The notes under the pieces are model-generated. The model was given only the letters and a program-made list of their open reading frames with translations. It was not told the origin of the DNA and did no database searches. Shown one piece after another: positions 61,423 to 64,000 of a stretch of DNA of 64,000 nt. Origin of the DNA: a bacterium. GTDB lineage: Bacteria > Desulfobacterota > DSWW01. The DNA is taken from positions 1 to 64,000 of the forward strand of contig JBFLZG010000066.1 in assembly GCA_040756235.1 (NCBI GenBank). Direction: 5' to 3'. The translations under genes and the position numbers were made by a program. Position 1 is the stretch's first letter, and every line of letters starts with the position of its first letter.

Positions 61423-62589
61423 TCACGAAGCCCGCAGGGCGTCGGTGATGCCCATTCGGGATGCGCGCACGGCCGGCACGAGACCGCCGAGAAGTCCCAT
61501 GAGGAGCGAGAAGGCCACGGATCCGATTACGATCCCCGGGCTCATGGAGAACCGGAAAGCCAGCTCCGCGAAGCTCTGGAAGTTCATGGTAGAGATGCTG
61601 ACCAAGGTCATGAAGGATGCCAGGCCGAGCCCCGCAAAGCCGCTGAGGAGCCCCATGAGCAACGCTTCCAGGAGAAAGGCGGCGAGGATGCCCCTTCTTC
61701 GGAACCCCAGGGCCCTGAGCGTGCCGATCTCCGTCGTGCGATGAGCCACGGCCGAGTGCATCGTGATCATGGCCCCGATGACCGCCCCGATGGAGAAGAT
61801 GGCGGTCAGGGAGTACCCCAGGATGCGGAGAAACTTCGCCATCATCTCCGACTGTTCTTCGTAGTAGCGGGTCTCGGGCTTGGCCTCCAGGATGAGGCGC
61901 GGATCGTTCTCCAGGGTCTTGCGGACGGCGTGGAACTCGGAGCGGTCGCGCAGTCTGAACAGGACCGAGGAGAAGGATTGGCGCCTGAAGGTCTGCATGA
62001 GCTGCTCGGCGTCGGCCCAGATTTCCGAGCTGAAGCCGCTGGTGCCGGCGTCGAAGGTTCCCACGACCTTCCACTGCCGCGCTCCGAAGCGCAGGGTCTC
62101 GTCGAGCCCGGTCCCGGAAAACTGGCGAGCGATGCTCGCACCGACCATGATCTCGGCCGCACCGGGCCTGGGGAGGCGGCCCTCGACCGCACGGACCTGG
62201 GGGCGGAGGGAGCGGGAGGACGGGCCGATGCCCCGAATGGTGACGTTGGAAATCTTGCCCGTCGTGCGCTTCGGCAGGCTGATCAGAACGACGATCTCTT
62301 TGGCCGCGAGCTTGCGGCCGTCCGGGCCCGAGGCGACCTCGGGCAAGGTCTCGATGATGGCCGCCTTCTCCCTTTCCAGCCCGCTCATGACCTCGGAAGT
62401 GGACCCCTTGCGGATCACGATCACGTTGTCTTCCGAACCCGTGGCGACCAGCGTCCTCTCCAGACCTTCGGCCAGCATCAGGATGGCCGCGAACACGAAC
62501 ACCACCAGGGCCATGCCGGAGACCGTGAGCACGGTCGTGAGCCGCCGGGTCCAGAGATTGCGGACGCTGTAGGAGAAAGGGATGGCCAT
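61423..62589 (-). CDS. MacB/FtsX-type ABC transporter permease
   Basis: YSVRNL.R..TT.LT, RTTEIGTLRALGF and PAVRASR. Confidence 0.92.
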   Translation of the reverse strand: MAIPFSYSVRNLWTRRLTTVLTVSGMALVVFVFAAILMLAEGLERTLVATGSEDNVIVIRKGSTSEVMSGLEREKAAIIETLPEVASGPDGRKLAAKEIVVLISLPKRTTGKISNVTIRGIGPSSRSLRPQVRAVEGRLPRPGAAEIMVGASIARQFSGTGLDETLRFGARQWKVVGTFDAGTSGFSSEIWADAEQLMQTFRRQSFSSVLFRLRDRSEFHAVRKTLENDPRLILEAKPETRYYEEQSEMMAKFLRILGYSLTAIFSIGAVIGAMITMHSAVAHRTTEIGTLRALGFRRRGILAAFLLEALLMGLLSGFAGLGLASFMTLVSISTMNFQSFAELAFRFSMSPGIVIGSVAFSLLMGLLGGLVPAVRASRMGITDALRAS

Positions 62590-63746
62590 CAGGCGATCCT
62601 CGCGATGCCTTCGGCCACCCGAAGCCGGGCGGCGCGCCAGGCAGGCACCGCGCCCGCGGCGACGGCCATGGCCAGGGCCGCGCCGAATGCCCAGAGGACC
62701 GTTCCGGGCTCCATGTGGAAGACCGGAAAGAAATTGGAGAGCTCCTGTCCGATCCTGCGGGCCGTCGGTACGGTGACGGCAAGACCGAGCGCGCAGCCGG
62801 CGAGGGTGACGGCGGCCGACTCGCCCACGATGATGGCGGAGACGTGCCGTCGGCCGAACCCGAGGCACTTGAGGACCGCATACTCGCCGATCCTCTCGCG
62901 GGTCGTCATGACCATGGTGTTGGCCACCACGGCCAGGATGATGACGACGACGAGCATGGAGATGACCTGGATGATCGTGACCAGGGCGCCGGTCATGGCC
63001 ACGAAGCCCATCTGGAACGCCTTCTCCGTCTCCGTGAGGGTCTCGGCGATCGAGTTCCGGAAGCTCTTGTCGATGTCGGCCGCCACCTCTGCCGCCAGGT
63101 CCGGACGGGCCACGCCGACCAGGTAGAACCCGACCTGGTCGGCCCTGCGCGGCATCGTCTTGCGGACGACCTCGTTGAGATAGTCCCAGTGGAAGAAGAA
63201 CTGGGTCTCGTCGGTCGTCCGGTCCTTTCCCCGATAGATGCCTTTCAGCACGAACTCCCAGTCCCCGGGAAAGATGGTCCCCTTGAGAGGGACCACGTCG
63301 CCTACCGTCCAGCCGAACTTCTCGGCGATCTTGCGGCCCGCCACGCAGGCCCTGCGATCCCTCAGGAACGCCTCCTTCCCGGCTGCGCTCAGCACGAACT
63401 CGGGATAAAGCTCGAGGTAGCTCCTGGGCTCGACGGCAAAATTGGCGAACAGATTCTTTTCTTCGATGTAGTAGCCCCCGAACCAGCTCCCATAGGAAAC
63501 CTTGCTCACGCCGTCGATCTGACGGATCCTTTCGAAGTAGGAAAGGGGCAGGGAGAAGATCAGGGAAACCGCGTTCCGCGTGACCAGGCGGGTCGCGGAC
63601 GAGGCCTCGACGCCCGAGTACCAGGCGCCGACCAGGATCCGGAGCAGGGCGAAGGCGAGGATGGCCGTGGCGACCCCGAGCACCGTGAGAGCGGTCCGGA
63701 GCCTGTTGCGAAAGAGGTTTCGGAAGACGATTTTCAGGATGAGCAT
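62589..63746 (-). CDS. MacB/FtsX-type ABC transporter permease
   Basis: RNLFRN.LRT.LT, ERIGEYAVLK.LGF and PAWRAAR. Confidence 0.92.
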   Translation of the reverse strand: MLILKIVFRNLFRNRLRTALTVLGVATAILAFALLRILVGAWYSGVEASSATRLVTRNAVSLIFSLPLSYFERIRQIDGVSKVSYGSWFGGYYIEEKNLFANFAVEPRSYLELYPEFVLSAAGKEAFLRDRRACVAGRKIAEKFGWTVGDVVPLKGTIFPGDWEFVLKGIYRGKDRTTDETQFFFHWDYLNEVVRKTMPRRADQVGFYLVGVARPDLAAEVAADIDKSFRNSIAETLTETEKAFQMGFVAMTGALVTIIQVISMLVVVIILAVVANTMVMTTRERIGEYAVLKCLGFGRRHVSAIIVGESAAVTLAGCALGLAVTVPTARRIGQELSNFFPVFHMEPGTVLWAFGAALAMAVAAGAVPAWRAARLRVAEGIARIA

Positions 63747-63827
63747 GGCTCGGAATAGGTATCAGGTTTCAGCAAAGCATGACCTCCTCGCTGATACCCG
63801 ACACCCGACCCCTTTCTTCGCCAACAC

Positions 63828-64000
63828 CTAACACCTCTCTTCGTCGTTCAGGAACCCCTTGTCCAGGTACCGGATGTTACCCGCCTTGCGGGCCGCCCGG
63901 GGATCGTGGGTGACCATGATGATGGTCTTGCTCCACTTCGCGTTCAGCCGCTCCATGAGGTCCAGGACCTCGGCTGCGGAGGCCCGGTCCAGATCGCCCG
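63828..64000 (-). CDS. ABC transporter ATP-binding protein, 3' end only
   Basis: GDLDR...IIMVTHDP..A...LDKG read on the minus strand; stop at 63828-63830. Confidence 0.88.
   Translation of the reverse strand, partial: GDLDRASAAEVLDLMERLNAKWSKTIIMVTHDPRAARKAGNIRYLDKGFLNDEERC

Noticed and set aside
63757..63835. Heptamer-like repeats (AGGTATC/ACACCCG/AACACCT) as a regulatory signal
   Set aside because: Short degenerate tandem repeats like those at 32325-32443; no independent evidence of function.

Overview
GC-rich bacterial DNA whose gene content (glycyl-radical enzyme, tungsten-type AOR, sigma54 systems, beta-barrel proteins) suggests an anaerobic diderm, probably deltaproteobacterial (inference). 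The roughly 50 real CDSs include: a CheB-CheR-PAS/HisKA_3 pair; a fused IorA-IorB molybdoenzyme next to a REP-associated tyrosine transposase (RAYT) with its GTAG REPs; a sigma54 two-component system driving three exported proteins; a FecR-TPR-beta-barrel plus CHASE2 adenylate cyclase pair; a TPP-riboswitch thiOSG-thiE operon; duplicated PAS/GAF kinases; an AOR module; cysC; and an ABC exporter. The best candidate for an undescribed system is the 18-32 kb catabolic region. It encodes an acyl-CoA dehydrogenase lacking the canonical Glu, EtfB, and EtfA fused to an AbfD-fold Fe-S flavoprotein whose dehydratase residues appear replaced. It also encodes a TetR and an IslA-like (C-S lyase clade) glycyl-radical enzyme with an altered substrate pocket plus its activase, converging on crt-hbd. 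Intergenic space is filled with nested repeats: REPs, MITE-like shells (one inserted into a REP loop with a visible TTGC duplication) and a ~245-nt structured element. No rRNA, tRNA or CRISPR was seen. Reference residue numbers are recalled, not computed, and need confirming by alignment.
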